This document shows positions 52,222 to 62,302 of a stretch of 64,000 bases of DNA, piece by piece. The stretch is from a virus, in the IMG/VR virus record IMGVR_UViG_3300045988_061617, positions 1-64,000 of that record, one strand, 5' to 3'. The position numbers were made by a program, and so were the translations under genes. The notes under the pieces are model-generated. The model had not been told where the DNA came from. It did no database searches and worked only from the letters and a program-made list of their open reading frames with translations. How positions within the stretch are numbered: the stretch's first letter is position 1; each line of letters opens with the position of its first letter.

Positions 52222-53943
52222 ATGGGAATCACAAATAAATGGCTTAACCCATACCAGAGGTCTTATCAACAGATTAAGGCTAAGCTGGTGGAATCCCTTA
52301 TGGGACTTAAGGATCCTCAGGGTCAGAAACTCATAACGGATTATTCAGAGGGGAATATACTAATTATCATCCTCTCTTTGTTTGCGGCAATTGCCGAAGT
52401 ACTTCATTATTACATAGATAACATGGCAAGGGAAACCTTCCTATCTACGGCAAGGAGATATGATTCGGTAGTTAAACATGGGGCTCTGGTGGACTATCAT
52501 GCTAGATCAGCAATAGCTGCTACTGTAGATGTTACATTATCCAGAAGTATTACTGGTAATTCCATTGGAGCAAAGTTAACCATTCCTCAAGGAACTCTAT
52601 TTACTGACTCTAATGGCAATTCATGGTTATCCGCTAGGGATGTAATATGGTATTCAAATGTAACCACTTGTAAAGTACCACTTATACAACATGAAAAATA
52701 TACTGCCAGTGCTATTAATAATATGGTAATACCTACTGGGGATAGGATTATTATAAACCTTGGTACTTTGCCCAATGGTAAGTATTATGAACAGGGGACC
52801 ATGTCTTTACTAATAGGCGGAGAATCTTGGGTATTGGTAGATACTTTTGCAAAATCTAAGCCTACAGATAAACACTTTATGGTTTCTGTAGATGAAGCCT
52901 TAAACCCATATATTCATTTCGGTGATGGGACTTTTGGTAAGAAACCAGTAGCAGGTGCAAAGATTACTAATGTAGTATTTTACTTAACCAACGGTTCTCA
53001 GGGTAATATAAAAAGTAATACTTTAACTTCTGTACCTTCAGTAATATCCTCTTCTATTAACGATGCTACTGCAAGTAATGCCTACGATGCCGGAGGAGGT
53101 TCAAATTATGAGAACTTTACTATGTTAAAGGAACATATACCTTTAAGTGTAAAAACCTTGGGAGTAGCAATTACCAAAGAGGATTTTGAAAGTTTGGCAA
53201 TGCTGGTAGATGGGATAAACAAAGCAAAAGCTGACTATGAATGTGGTAGGAAACTTACCGTATATATAAGCCCTGATGGAGGTGCAGTTGCTTCTTCTGA
53301 ATTAATCAGTAGAGTTTATACTTTACTTTCTCAGAGATCACCAATGACTACTTGGTTAAAAGTAAGGTCAGCAGGTAAAGTACAAATTATATTAGAGATG
53401 GATGTAACTGGTAAAAGATCCTATAAGACTGCCGAAATCCAATCTCAAATACTTACGGCTCTATATAATGCTTATTCTGCAGAACAAGCAGAGATTGGAG
53501 GTAGTGTAAGGGTATCAGATATATATGCTCTCATAGATAACTTATCCATGGTAGATTATCTACACCTTACTAAGTTTTATATTAAACCATGGCCTACTAC
53601 TATCTATGGCAATAAAGAGTTAGCATTGGGTCAGTTTAAATTGAATAATGCTACTGGGTCAATGACCTATTATATAACATTCAATTCTTCTACTAATTTC
53701 ACGGTTCGTTCAGTAGCTAATGTGTATGTAACTACTGGTACTGTAGGCGGTTCACTTCAAATAATCGATAAAGCTAATGGTTTTGATTTTTCACTTGATG
53801 TTCAGAACAATAGCTATCAATCTGGTTATAGGTATTCTATTACGGTATCAGAACCAAATCATGACTATGAAGATCCCGGTTTTAACTTACCGGTATTCGA
53901 AGATGCTTCACAATTAACATTAACCGTTAACGAAATAGTTTAA
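52222..53943 (+). CDS. baseplate J-like protein
   Basis: 573-aa ORF after gpW. The N-terminal block DYSEGNILIIILSLFAAIAEVLHYYIDNMARETFLSTARRYDSVVKHGALVDY is typical of the Baseplate_J family. Confidence 0.65.
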   Translation: MGITNKWLNPYQRSYQQIKAKLVESLMGLKDPQGQKLITDYSEGNILIIILSLFAAIAEVLHYYIDNMARETFLSTARRYDSVVKHGALVDYHARSAIAATVDVTLSRSITGNSIGAKLTIPQGTLFTDSNGNSWLSARDVIWYSNVTTCKVPLIQHEKYTASAINNMVIPTGDRIIINLGTLPNGKYYEQGTMSLLIGGESWVLVDTFAKSKPTDKHFMVSVDEALNPYIHFGDGTFGKKPVAGAKITNVVFYLTNGSQGNIKSNTLTSVPSVISSSINDATASNAYDAGGGSNYENFTMLKEHIPLSVKTLGVAITKEDFESLAMLVDGINKAKADYECGRKLTVYISPDGGAVASSELISRVYTLLSQRSPMTTWLKVRSAGKVQIILEMDVTGKRSYKTAEIQSQILTALYNAYSAEQAEIGGSVRVSDIYALIDNLSMVDYLHLTKFYIKPWPTTIYGNKELALGQFKLNNATGSMTYYITFNSSTNFTVRSVANVYVTTGTVGGSLQIIDKANGFDFSLDVQNNSYQSGYRYSITVSEPNHDYEDPGFNLPVFEDASQLTLTVNEIV

Positions 53944-53944
53944 T

Positions 53945-56407
53945 ATGATAAACCTCAAAAACCTAATCGATTTTTTACCTTTCGAGTATAAAGATCAAGA
54001 TACTTATAAGGTAAACGGTAAAGGCATTCTTGAGAGGTTTCTAGAGATTTGCGGAGAGCATTTTGAAGATTATATTACTAAGGATATAGATAATATTCTG
54101 GATATTATTGATATAGATAAAACTCCAGATATGTATCTTAATTTTCTTTGGCAATTTCTCGGAGAAATGCCCTTTGCTTACGGGAACACCATAGATGCTA
54201 CCAAATGGGCAGAGTATTTCAATGGATTTTACTCTGATAGTAAACTACAAGAATTGTCAAAGCTTTGGATAGTACCCAAGGAGGGACCTTTTACTTTGAC
54301 CAGTACTCAAGTAAGAAATATCCTAAAGTATTCGGTATCTTTATTTAAGATACGAGGTACCACTGAATTTTTTGAGATAATGTTAAGACTGTACGGTTTA
54401 ACCTGTACAGTATCTGATCCTTCTAAATCCGATGCTTATGATGGATGGATAAAAGGACACCCATATTTTGATGAAGAAAGTTACTTATACGATGATAGTA
54501 ATTACGATAATACCTTTAATTGTTCTCAGTGTATCCCAGTAACTTTTAATATATCCGGTCATGGGTATACCTCTAATTCTGATGATTTTAAAAAGTTTAG
54601 GGAAGCCATAGAAAGTTTCTTCAAAAGATTTATACCTTATCATGTATCTTTTAATCTACAGTATGGGTTTACAGTTGATGATGGGTATTCTATTAAAGCT
54701 GAGTTAGTAAATCCAGATAAACCGAATTTGGTAGTTTCTGAAGTATATGAGGTACCAGTAGTTGTAACCGTTAGCTCTAATTGGGGTAAGGCAGATTTAA
54801 GATACCAAATCTCTAGTGATCAGGTTAATTGGGGATATACTAAACATCCAAGTGGTTCTGTATTTAATATACCTAGAGCTGGTACTTATTATTTCCGAAG
54901 CGTTGGAGATAATACTAAAGTAACTTCTATAACTGTAGGTCACGAGTTTTATAATAAGGTTTATTCTATATCATGTGACCCAATTGTAGATCAGATTACT
55001 CCAGGGAATCTTAGAGTATATACTACCGTGATCGCTAACCTTCATTATAAAAACCGAGTAACTTCTTGTAGAGTTAGACTTAGTGGTACAGATCAAATAA
55101 AAGATTCAGGTAGGGTCTGGGAATTTACTGAGCCGGGTACTTATACCTTTGAGATAGTAGAGTTTCCAGTAAAGCAAACTAATTTCATAGTAAGTAGAAC
55201 TCCTATAACTTATAGGGTAATATGTACTCCTCCAGAATTTAGAATAGGGGATAATCAAACTATTCGCGATGCTTCTACATTATTAACAGTAGAATCTAAC
55301 TACCCCAGTTCAGTAGTAGGTGATCTATATTGTAGATTACTTAATGATACTAAGATATTCAAAAGTGGTGAAAGGTTTATTGCAAGTAGCCTTGGTACTT
55401 ATAAATTCAAGTGTACTCTTGATACTCGAGAATCCGATGAGGGAGTTGGTATTTTTGAGGTAGTTTCAGGTAGAACTACTATTTATAGAGTAACTACTGA
55501 CCCAGATATTTCTACACTGTATGATGATTCAGCAAAGACTACTGTATTTATTCAAAGGATTTCCGGTAATGGTACTGATTACCGAGTTAGGGTAGTAGAA
55601 ACAGGAGAAGAATTCCAAGCTTTAAATGGTTATGTGTATACCACTAAAAAAGCTGGGACTTATACTTTTCAATCAGTAGCTTATCCTTCTGCTAGTAGTA
55701 TATGGGTAGTAAGAAATGCTCCAGTAGTATATAAGAATAAGTTGAGAATTGTACCAAAAGATAGTACAGACCCAAGTTGGTTAGAGCCAGATTGGAGTTT
55801 ACCAGAGGACCAGATAGATGACATCTATGCAGTATATGCTTTATTAGATTCTACCTCTGCCTGTAAGTTTTCACTTGAAGAATTAAAAGATGGAGGTATT
55901 ATGAAGGGTTCTGTAACTTGTTCAGAAACTGGCCAATCTTATAATCTGAATAGTGATATAGTTTTAACTAAAGCTGGTACTTATACCTTTATTGCTGATG
56001 ATGGGTCATTCTTACAATGTCAAGTCATCCTTAAAGATTACCCAACAATCATAGAGTTAACCATTACTCCAGACTATGCAGAATTAAAGGGTAGTATAAA
56101 GCAAGCTTCTTGTATTATTAAGTGTGAATCTAACAAGCCAGATTTTGATAGTAGAATCAGGGAAGTGGGTAAACAAATTACTTATGATGCAGGTGGGGCA
56201 GGATATCAATTTGTAACTTCACAAGCTGGAGAATATACTTTTGAATCTGTAGCCGATACCTCTAAAAGAAAAACTTTCTTAGTGGTAGATGCCGATTTAT
56301 TAAGTGTAAATCCCCATAGGTTAGAATGGGAACATGATGACCTATCAGAAAAGACTTTTAGTATAAACACTTATAGTAATCAAGATTGGACAATAGAGGA
56401 AGTATGA
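53945..56407 (+). CDS. baseplate gpI-like protein fused to six repeated beta-sandwich-like modules
   Basis: The position after gpJ and the N-terminal TPDMYLNFLWQFLG block are gpI-like. Six ~85-100-aa modules each carry G(T/E)Y(T/Y/K)F (AGTYYFRSV, PGTYTFEIV, LGTYKFKCT, AGTYTFQSV, AGTYTFIAD, AGEYTFESV). Confidence 0.5.
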   Translation: MINLKNLIDFLPFEYKDQDTYKVNGKGILERFLEICGEHFEDYITKDIDNILDIIDIDKTPDMYLNFLWQFLGEMPFAYGNTIDATKWAEYFNGFYSDSKLQELSKLWIVPKEGPFTLTSTQVRNILKYSVSLFKIRGTTEFFEIMLRLYGLTCTVSDPSKSDAYDGWIKGHPYFDEESYLYDDSNYDNTFNCSQCIPVTFNISGHGYTSNSDDFKKFREAIESFFKRFIPYHVSFNLQYGFTVDDGYSIKAELVNPDKPNLVVSEVYEVPVVVTVSSNWGKADLRYQISSDQVNWGYTKHPSGSVFNIPRAGTYYFRSVGDNTKVTSITVGHEFYNKVYSISCDPIVDQITPGNLRVYTTVIANLHYKNRVTSCRVRLSGTDQIKDSGRVWEFTEPGTYTFEIVEFPVKQTNFIVSRTPITYRVICTPPEFRIGDNQTIRDASTLLTVESNYPSSVVGDLYCRLLNDTKIFKSGERFIASSLGTYKFKCTLDTRESDEGVGIFEVVSGRTTIYRVTTDPDISTLYDDSAKTTVFIQRISGNGTDYRVRVVETGEEFQALNGYVYTTKKAGTYTFQSVAYPSASSIWVVRNAPVVYKNKLRIVPKDSTDPSWLEPDWSLPEDQIDDIYAVYALLDSTSACKFSLEELKDGGIMKGSVTCSETGQSYNLNSDIVLTKAGTYTFIADDGSFLQCQVILKDYPTIIELTITPDYAELKGSIKQASCIIKCESNKPDFDSRIREVGKQITYDAGGAGYQFVTSQAGEYTFESVADTSKRKTFLVVDADLLSVNPHRLEWEHDDLSEKTFSINTYSNQDWTIEEV

Positions 56408-56931
56408 TAAACAGTATAGATAAAATTACAGAAACAACATCCCAGTCTTTATTTAAGACTTTTACAGTGGGACTACTCGGAGAATGTACTCAAATTTTAT
56501 ATGACTTGAGATGGATGATACTACTTGCCATTATCTTAATATTATCAGATTTATGGTTTGGTATATCTGTAAGTAGAGTTCATAGTATAGAAATTAGAAA
56601 ATCTAGGGCAGGAAGAAGAACTCTAAATAAGTTAGTAGATTATATATGTTATATACTATTGGGTGCTGTACTTGGAAAAGCATTAGGTGAACCTTATGGG
56701 ATAGATCCAATAGTTGTATCAATAACAGTAATGGTACTATGTTACTGTTTCGAAATTGATAGTATATATGGTCATATATGTGAAATACATGGTATTAAAA
56801 AACGGTATAGTGTATGGAAGATTCTCTTCAAATTAATTACCTTTAAGTTCAAAGATTTAGGAGAAGCTTTCAAGGATATGGTAGAACAGAAAAATAACTC
56901 TAAAACTAAGGATAATGAAAACTTATTTTAA
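56404..56931 (+). CDS. holin-like membrane protein (phage_holin_4_1-like pattern)
   Basis: Start set at ATG 56404 (ATGA overlap). LLAIILILSDLWFGISVSRVHSIEIRKSRAGRRTLNKLVDYICYILLG fits D..tG......S..g..G..kK, and further TM segments follow. Confidence 0.45.
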   Translation: MINSIDKITETTSQSLFKTFTVGLLGECTQILYDLRWMILLAIILILSDLWFGISVSRVHSIEIRKSRAGRRTLNKLVDYICYILLGAVLGKALGEPYGIDPIVVSITVMVLCYCFEIDSIYGHICEIHGIKKRYSVWKILFKLITFKFKDLGEAFKDMVEQKNNSKTKDNENLF

Positions 56932-58273
56932 ATACGAAGGCATTATTAAATCTAAGGAGGCAGCAGAGGCAATTGCTGCTCCTTCTGGTTTAGGACCATT
57001 CTGTGGCTTTGGTTCAGCAAATATAAACGGTAACCAATTAGTGATCTCTCCTCAAGGCTCTACAAGTAATAAGTATGCTAATGTAATTAAGGATAAGATT
57101 CTTGCAAGGTACATGACTAAAGTTGCTGAAGATGGGGAATTACCTGATATAAACTTTGGATGTATCTCAAGGGATGGGTATGTATTTATATCTGATGAAT
57201 CTTCTATGACAATAGAAAATATCCTTGGTACTCAAGGGTCTACTGAAGAAGTATTATTATTTGCAGTACATACTGTCATCTCAGAGCCAGTAGATAATCC
57301 AGTAGAGTTTGTAGCCTATTGGAATGAATCATCACAAAGTTTCTATGATTTGTATAAGAAATCTGTAGATGTATATTACCCTATCGCAGATGAGAAACGT
57401 ACTCCAAGTATAATGGACGATGTATATCAGAATCCAGATATTTCATTAAACAATCTGCTTTTAGTAGTAGAAACTGCTTGCCCCTATTATAAAAACAATA
57501 AAAGAACCTCGGTATTAATAGGTATCTATGGTAATGGTACTGATGCAATGACTAAAAGAAATGAGAATTTTGCCATTGTACCCTACCAAGGCAAGTTCCA
57601 AGAACTACCCTTTACTACAGCTACCTATAGTTCTATAAAGGAATCAATTAAGAGAACCGAACAAATTAATACAGGTTTTCCAATAACTGGTACTGATGGG
57701 ACTAGACAAAATATTAAGCAATACATAGATGCCGAAATAGAGAAGGTTCGAAAAGAATTCGCTAATTCTCTTAGTACTGCAAATCTCCCTATCGGTTCGA
57801 TTATATTATGGGAATCAGATGTTATCCCAGATGGATGGGCAGAATATACCAAAGCTTCAGGTAGAATGGTATTAGGTTATCAAGCTGGAGGTATTCAAGT
57901 TGGAGATGATACTTTACTGCAGAATGTCGGTGATTTCTATACGCCTACCAGTGGAGGGTACTTGATTAAGATAAAAGGCGATGATTTACCGAAACACAGG
58001 CATTCAGTTGGTTTGGGAAGGTTTATGTATGATAATGATTCTGAAGCTAAAGGGTGTACAGTCAGAAATTATAATTTGAGAGATACCAGTTTAAATGGGC
58101 AAGTTGGTCAATATGGAAATAATGCTCCTGGTCAAGTAGCTCAAAATGGTGCAGTAGAAACTAGCTGGAACCTTATTGGGGAATCCTATACTACAGAAGT
58201 AACCAAGGATACCTTATCACTAGAAAAATTGCCCCCGACTATAACATTACGTTATATACAAAAAATATCTTAA
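56915..58273 (+). CDS. tail fibre / receptor-binding protein with tail-collar-like motif
   Basis: LPIGSIILWESDVIPDGWAEY resembles the phage tail collar motif (iG.I..w....iP.GW). A later DDLPKHRHS block is present. This is the last gene of the plus-strand late block. Confidence 0.55.
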   Translation: MKTYFKYEGIIKSKEAAEAIAAPSGLGPFCGFGSANINGNQLVISPQGSTSNKYANVIKDKILARYMTKVAEDGELPDINFGCISRDGYVFISDESSMTIENILGTQGSTEEVLLFAVHTVISEPVDNPVEFVAYWNESSQSFYDLYKKSVDVYYPIADEKRTPSIMDDVYQNPDISLNNLLLVVETACPYYKNNKRTSVLIGIYGNGTDAMTKRNENFAIVPYQGKFQELPFTTATYSSIKESIKRTEQINTGFPITGTDGTRQNIKQYIDAEIEKVRKEFANSLSTANLPIGSIILWESDVIPDGWAEYTKASGRMVLGYQAGGIQVGDDTLLQNVGDFYTPTSGGYLIKIKGDDLPKHRHSVGLGRFMYDNDSEAKGCTVRNYNLRDTSLNGQVGQYGNNAPGQVAQNGAVETSWNLIGESYTTEVTKDTLSLEKLPPTITLRYIQKIS

Positions 58274-58350
58274 ATACTACTTGTGTTATTTATTTAATTT
58301 GTTTTGTTATTAGTATTATTTGTGCATAGAATATTCAATTGTTTGTCGGG

Positions 58351-58374
58351 AAGGGACGTTGGGAAACGTCCCTT
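58351..58374. terminator. bidirectional terminator between convergent genes
   Basis: Perfect 10-bp stem AAGGGACGTT / AACGTCCCTT with a GGGA loop and T-rich flanks. Confidence 0.8.
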
Positions 58375-58383
58375 TTCTTTGTG

Positions 58384-59037
58384 TTAATACTTAAGTTCTT
58401 CTTTAGCTCTATCTTCCCAATATTGTATATCTTGTCTAAGTTCTGAGATATATCTCATGGACTCATTAGTCTTAGGCATTTCAAAAAATTCTACAAGCAT
58501 AATATTGGTAATTCGAGTACTATTACCAAGTCTCTCTTTAATGAAAGGTGGAGGAGTAATCAATACTTCAAATAAGAGATAGGCATCTGGAGAAAGCTTA
58601 TCCTTCATATAGGTATACATTATATCAAGCATTTCTGATTTAGCTTTCTCTTCTTCGGTATCATCCTCTAATTCTTTATCATTATCGAATAAATCATCCA
58701 GTTTAAAGAGGCTTTGATTATACTCTGCTTGTTCTCCGTATGCAGAACGAAGCAATTTATTCTTAAATGTACTCAAGGAAGCAAGAATCCTTGCTTTGAG
58801 ATGTTCTTCAGTACATTCACCATAGTATTTATTAAAAACAAATAACATCTTGTCCCAGAAATAAGACTGAATTATATCTGGTGTAAGATTAAACCTTTTA
58901 TAATCAATCTGTCTGGTAAGATTCCTAATCACTGGCTTACAGACTTTATAAAGTCTATTGAAAGTAGCTTCATCATATTCTTGCATAGGTTTTAATCGAT
59001 GAAGCTCTGAGCCATTATTTCCTTTACTTTTTCCCAT
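58384..59037 (-). CDS. sigma-factor-like transcription regulator candidate (function tentative)
   Basis: 217-aa ORF with its own -7 box. EATFNRLYKVCKPVIRNLTRQI...LTPDIIQSYFWDKM resembles sigma-70 region 2. A central acidic linker is present, and C-terminal LSPDAYLLFEVLI... is region-4-like. Confidence 0.35.
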   Translation of the reverse strand: MGKSKGNNGSELHRLKPMQEYDEATFNRLYKVCKPVIRNLTRQIDYKRFNLTPDIIQSYFWDKMLFVFNKYYGECTEEHLKARILASLSTFKNKLLRSAYGEQAEYNQSLFKLDDLFDNDKELEDDTEEEKAKSEMLDIMYTYMKDKLSPDAYLLFEVLITPPPFIKERLGNSTRITNIMLVEFFEMPKTNESMRYISELRQDIQYWEDRAKEELKY

Positions 59038-59057
59038 GTTTTTAAATATTCGTTATG

Positions 59058-59065
59058 CAAATATA
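59058..59065 (-). promoter_or_regulatory. -7 promoter box TATATTTG (minus strand)
   Basis: The plus strand reads CAAATATA, 20 nt upstream of ATG 59037 on the minus strand. Confidence 0.6.
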
Positions 59066-59211
59066 AGTATTTTTTCTTATATAAAATAATAATATTAAAT
59101 ATTCGGGAGCTTAAGGTAGTGGATTAGTAGTTTCTAGTTAGTTGTCAACATACTCAGAACTATCTCGGTACTATCAAAATCTATTGGTTTATATAATATT
59201 GCAATATAGAT

Positions 59212-60648
59212 ATGAAAAAGTTTAAAGACAACATCAAGTTTAGTTTTTCTCCTGAGTTTCAGTTTGAGATACTCAGGTTTGTTTTAAAAGATAAGGAAGG
59301 AGGATTAGTTCTTAAAAGGATTAAATCCAATTACCTGGTTCTCATAGAACACTCCCTTATCTTCGAGGGTATATCAAAATATTTTAAGAAGCAAGGCAGA
59401 ATGCCCTCTGAGAATATTCTAAAAGAAGTATTAAAAGAATTGCTAGAATCAAAAGCATATATTGATTTGGTAACTAAGGATGACACCCCTAATATCAATA
59501 AGTTAATAAGCAATTTATATCACATTCCCTTATCGGATGCAGATTATATCAAGGAAAAAATTTACCAGTTCTCTACCTATGTTGAAATGAAGAACCTGAA
59601 TGACTCTTTTGATTTAGATAACTTCGAACAATATGAAGAGTATTCAAGGAAGATTGAGAAAGTACTTCAGAAAAGTAAACCAAAGAAAGAGGACGAACCT
59701 ATATACATGATTCGAGATATTACAGAGAGACAGTTTAAAAGACAATCAGAACCCTCGGTAATACCCTGTCCCTTTAGGCAATTAAATGACCTTACTAATG
59801 CAGGAGGTTATCCCGAACATTCTATTAATGTAATATTGGATAAACCTAAAGCAAAGAAAACTTTCTTCATGGTAAACCTTGCCCGAGGTTATCTTCGAAT
59901 GAAGAAATCCGTATTATACGTAGATACCGAGAATGGTAAAGACCAAATCATGGACAGATTTATTCAATCTAGTATCAATAAAACCAAAAAGGAATTATAC
60001 TCAGGTGAGTATGATAAACTTGAAGCTAAACATTTAAGAAAGCTTGCAAGATTTGGGGTTGAATTGGTGGTTGAGAGGGTACCAGCAATGATTACTAATA
60101 CCACTTATATAAGGGAAAAGATAATTCAACTTCGTAATCAAGGAATCGATATTAAAGTTCTTATGGTTGACTACGCTGGTAAGCTTGCATCAATAGCGGG
60201 TGATAGAGAAGATTTCGAAAGGATATCTAATGTATATATAGACTTGAGTAACTTAGCCGAAGAAATGAAACTTGATATAATCTGGACTGCACATCATATT
60301 ACTAGAGAGGGTAAAAAACATAGAAAAACCAGATATGATGAAAATGATATATCTGGTTCTATAGCCATAGTAAGAAATGCTCAAGTAATTATGGGGTTAA
60401 ATGCTACAGAACAAGAAGAAAGGGATGATATATTAAGGGCCGAGATAGTGGTTCAAAGGGATGGTCTACCATCAGGTAGAGCTCTTTTTAAATGCTCTAC
60501 AGAAACTCAACGGTGTACCGAATTTACTAGAGAACAACGAAAAGAATATGACAGGGTATATGGAGAACAACTAGATAATTCTCTAAAAAGTTCTAGTAAC
60601 CCAGATGCTAATATAGAGAAATATAACAAAAAGCAAGGAGATATATAA
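59212..60648 (+). CDS. DnaB-like replicative helicase
   Basis: The C-terminal RecA-like domain has VILDKPKAKKTFFMVNLA (Walker-A-like), VLMVDYAGKL (Walker B) and WTAHHITREG. The N-terminal helical domain starts FSPEFQFEILRFVL. Confidence 0.6.
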   Translation: MKKFKDNIKFSFSPEFQFEILRFVLKDKEGGLVLKRIKSNYLVLIEHSLIFEGISKYFKKQGRMPSENILKEVLKELLESKAYIDLVTKDDTPNINKLISNLYHIPLSDADYIKEKIYQFSTYVEMKNLNDSFDLDNFEQYEEYSRKIEKVLQKSKPKKEDEPIYMIRDITERQFKRQSEPSVIPCPFRQLNDLTNAGGYPEHSINVILDKPKAKKTFFMVNLARGYLRMKKSVLYVDTENGKDQIMDRFIQSSINKTKKELYSGEYDKLEAKHLRKLARFGVELVVERVPAMITNTTYIREKIIQLRNQGIDIKVLMVDYAGKLASIAGDREDFERISNVYIDLSNLAEEMKLDIIWTAHHITREGKKHRKTRYDENDISGSIAIVRNAQVIMGLNATEQEERDDILRAEIVVQRDGLPSGRALFKCSTETQRCTEFTREQRKEYDRVYGEQLDNSLKSSSNPDANIEKYNKKQGDI

Positions 60649-61229
60649 TGAAAGATAATATACCAGGATTTATGGGATACTACGTTTCTAAAACTGGGAG
60701 CGTATATTCAAGATATGTCCGAGGAAGTAGGGGTAAATTAAGTAATGAGTTTACCCCACTAATACCAAAGAAACGTCCCAAATACTATAGTGTATCCCTT
60801 TATAGGGATGGTAAGTCTACAAAGATTTTTGTTCACAGATTAGTAGCTACTGTTTATGTACCTAACCCCAATAATTTACCTGTAGTAATGCACTTAGATA
60901 ACGATATTTATAATAATTATTATAAGAATCTAAAATGGGGTACCCAGAAAGAAAATGTATACCAATCTATCAGGGATGGTAATAATCTGATTTCAGTAAT
61001 GGGTAAGGATAATATACATCGTAAATTAAACTTAAATGATATACCTAAAGTAAAAGCTTATTATAATACATTACTATCTGAACTAATCCAATTAGGGTTT
61101 ACTAAATGGAAAGTAAACAAAACTTTATTAAGGGTTCTAGGAAAGAGATTTGGAGTTGGTGATAGGGTAATTCGTAATATATTAAATAACAGTTATGAAA
61201 ACAAAGAAAGTAGAGGTAGTAAAAGATAG
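60648..61229 (+). CDS. free-standing HNH homing endonuclease
   Basis: Reads MKDNIPGFMGYYVSKTGSVYSR then VHRLVATVYVPNPNNLPVVMHLDNDIYNNYYKNLKWGTQKEN. Its start overlaps the helicase stop (TAATG). Confidence 0.85.
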   Translation: MKDNIPGFMGYYVSKTGSVYSRYVRGSRGKLSNEFTPLIPKKRPKYYSVSLYRDGKSTKIFVHRLVATVYVPNPNNLPVVMHLDNDIYNNYYKNLKWGTQKENVYQSIRDGNNLISVMGKDNIHRKLNLNDIPKVKAYYNTLLSELIQLGFTKWKVNKTLLRVLGKRFGVGDRVIRNILNNSYENKESRGSKR

Positions 61230-61374
61230 ATGGTCTGATGGGGTAGCTTTAGAAATATCTCATAATGGTTGGCAAACAACTTGTATCAATGATTTAGATT
61301 TAGAGGATTTAAAGAAACTTCGAAAAGTAATTAGGAAAGCTATAAGAGAATATGAAAATAACCAATCAGTTTAA
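61195..61374 (+). CDS. 59-aa ORF bridging the HNH and primase genes
   Basis: ATG 61195 reads MKTKKVEVVKDRWSDGVALEISHNGWQTTCINDLDLEDLKKLRKVIRKAIREYENNQSV. It is just below the track cutoff and overlaps the HNH 3' end (35 nt) and the primase 5' end (23 nt). Confidence 0.3.
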   Translation: MKTKKVEVVKDRWSDGVALEISHNGWQTTCINDLDLEDLKKLRKVIRKAIREYENNQSV

Positions 61375-62302
61375 ATCTAGACTAAGGACATACTTTATTA
61401 AACGATTGGGAGGTTACGATTACCGGCATGGCTGGATGCGTATACCAACTTGCCCCTATTGTGGGAGAGAACATAAGTTGGGAGTTAACCTTTCTATGTA
61501 TAGAACCAATTGTTTTAGATGTAATGCCCATCCTTCTCCTGCTCAACTAATAATGGATATAGAAGGATTTACTGAGTACCATGAACTAATTAATTTTTTG
61601 AACAATGGCCAATTTGATGAACTACAGTTTAAGGAAGAGAAAATCGAACTTGCCGAAAGTAAGCCAGTATATCTCCCTGAGGGATTTAGAAACATTTCGC
61701 TCGGGGATAGCCAACTTGCAAAAAGCATTCGGGGATATATCAAGAAACGCGGATTTAGCCTCGAGAAGTTTTCAAGATACGGTATCGGCTATGGAACAAG
61801 CGGCTCAACGTATGGGTACCTCATTATACCCTTTTATTACAAAGGCCAACTTAGATATTACAATGCTCGAAATGTTATTGGCAAAGGACCCAGATATAAT
61901 AACCCAGACAAAGACATCACCGGTTTGGGAAAACAATTTATCATCTTTAATCATGATGCGTTGGAGATGTATCGGTCGGTATTCATTTGCGAAGGGGCAC
62001 TTAATGCTCTCACAATTGGGGATAGAGCAATTGCCACAATGGGCAAAGCTGTATCTAAATATCAGCTAAACGAATTAATAAAAGCTCCTTGTCAAAGGTA
62101 TATAATCCTATTAGACTTTGATGCTCAAAAGTATGCTATAGAATTAGCCTTGAAACTTATACAATACAAGAAAGTAAAATTAGTTCTTTTTGATGATAAT
62201 CGGGATGTAAATGATTTGGGTAGGAAAGCAGTTCTTAAAAAGGTTTATAAGACCAGATATACTACCTATCAAGGATTAATCAAACTTAAAAACTCACTAT
62301 GA
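61352..62302 (+). CDS. DNA primase (zinc ribbon plus TOPRIM)
   Basis: CPYCGREHKLGVNLSMYRTNCFRCNAH forms a zinc ribbon. VFICEGALNALTIG (the EG of TOPRIM) and YIILLDFDA...DVNDLG (acidic motifs) are present. Confidence 0.75.
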   Translation: MKITNQFKSRLRTYFIKRLGGYDYRHGWMRIPTCPYCGREHKLGVNLSMYRTNCFRCNAHPSPAQLIMDIEGFTEYHELINFLNNGQFDELQFKEEKIELAESKPVYLPEGFRNISLGDSQLAKSIRGYIKKRGFSLEKFSRYGIGYGTSGSTYGYLIIPFYYKGQLRYYNARNVIGKGPRYNNPDKDITGLGKQFIIFNHDALEMYRSVFICEGALNALTIGDRAIATMGKAVSKYQLNELIKAPCQRYIILLDFDAQKYAIELALKLIQYKKVKLVLFDDNRDVNDLGRKAVLKKVYKTRYTTYQGLIKLKNSL

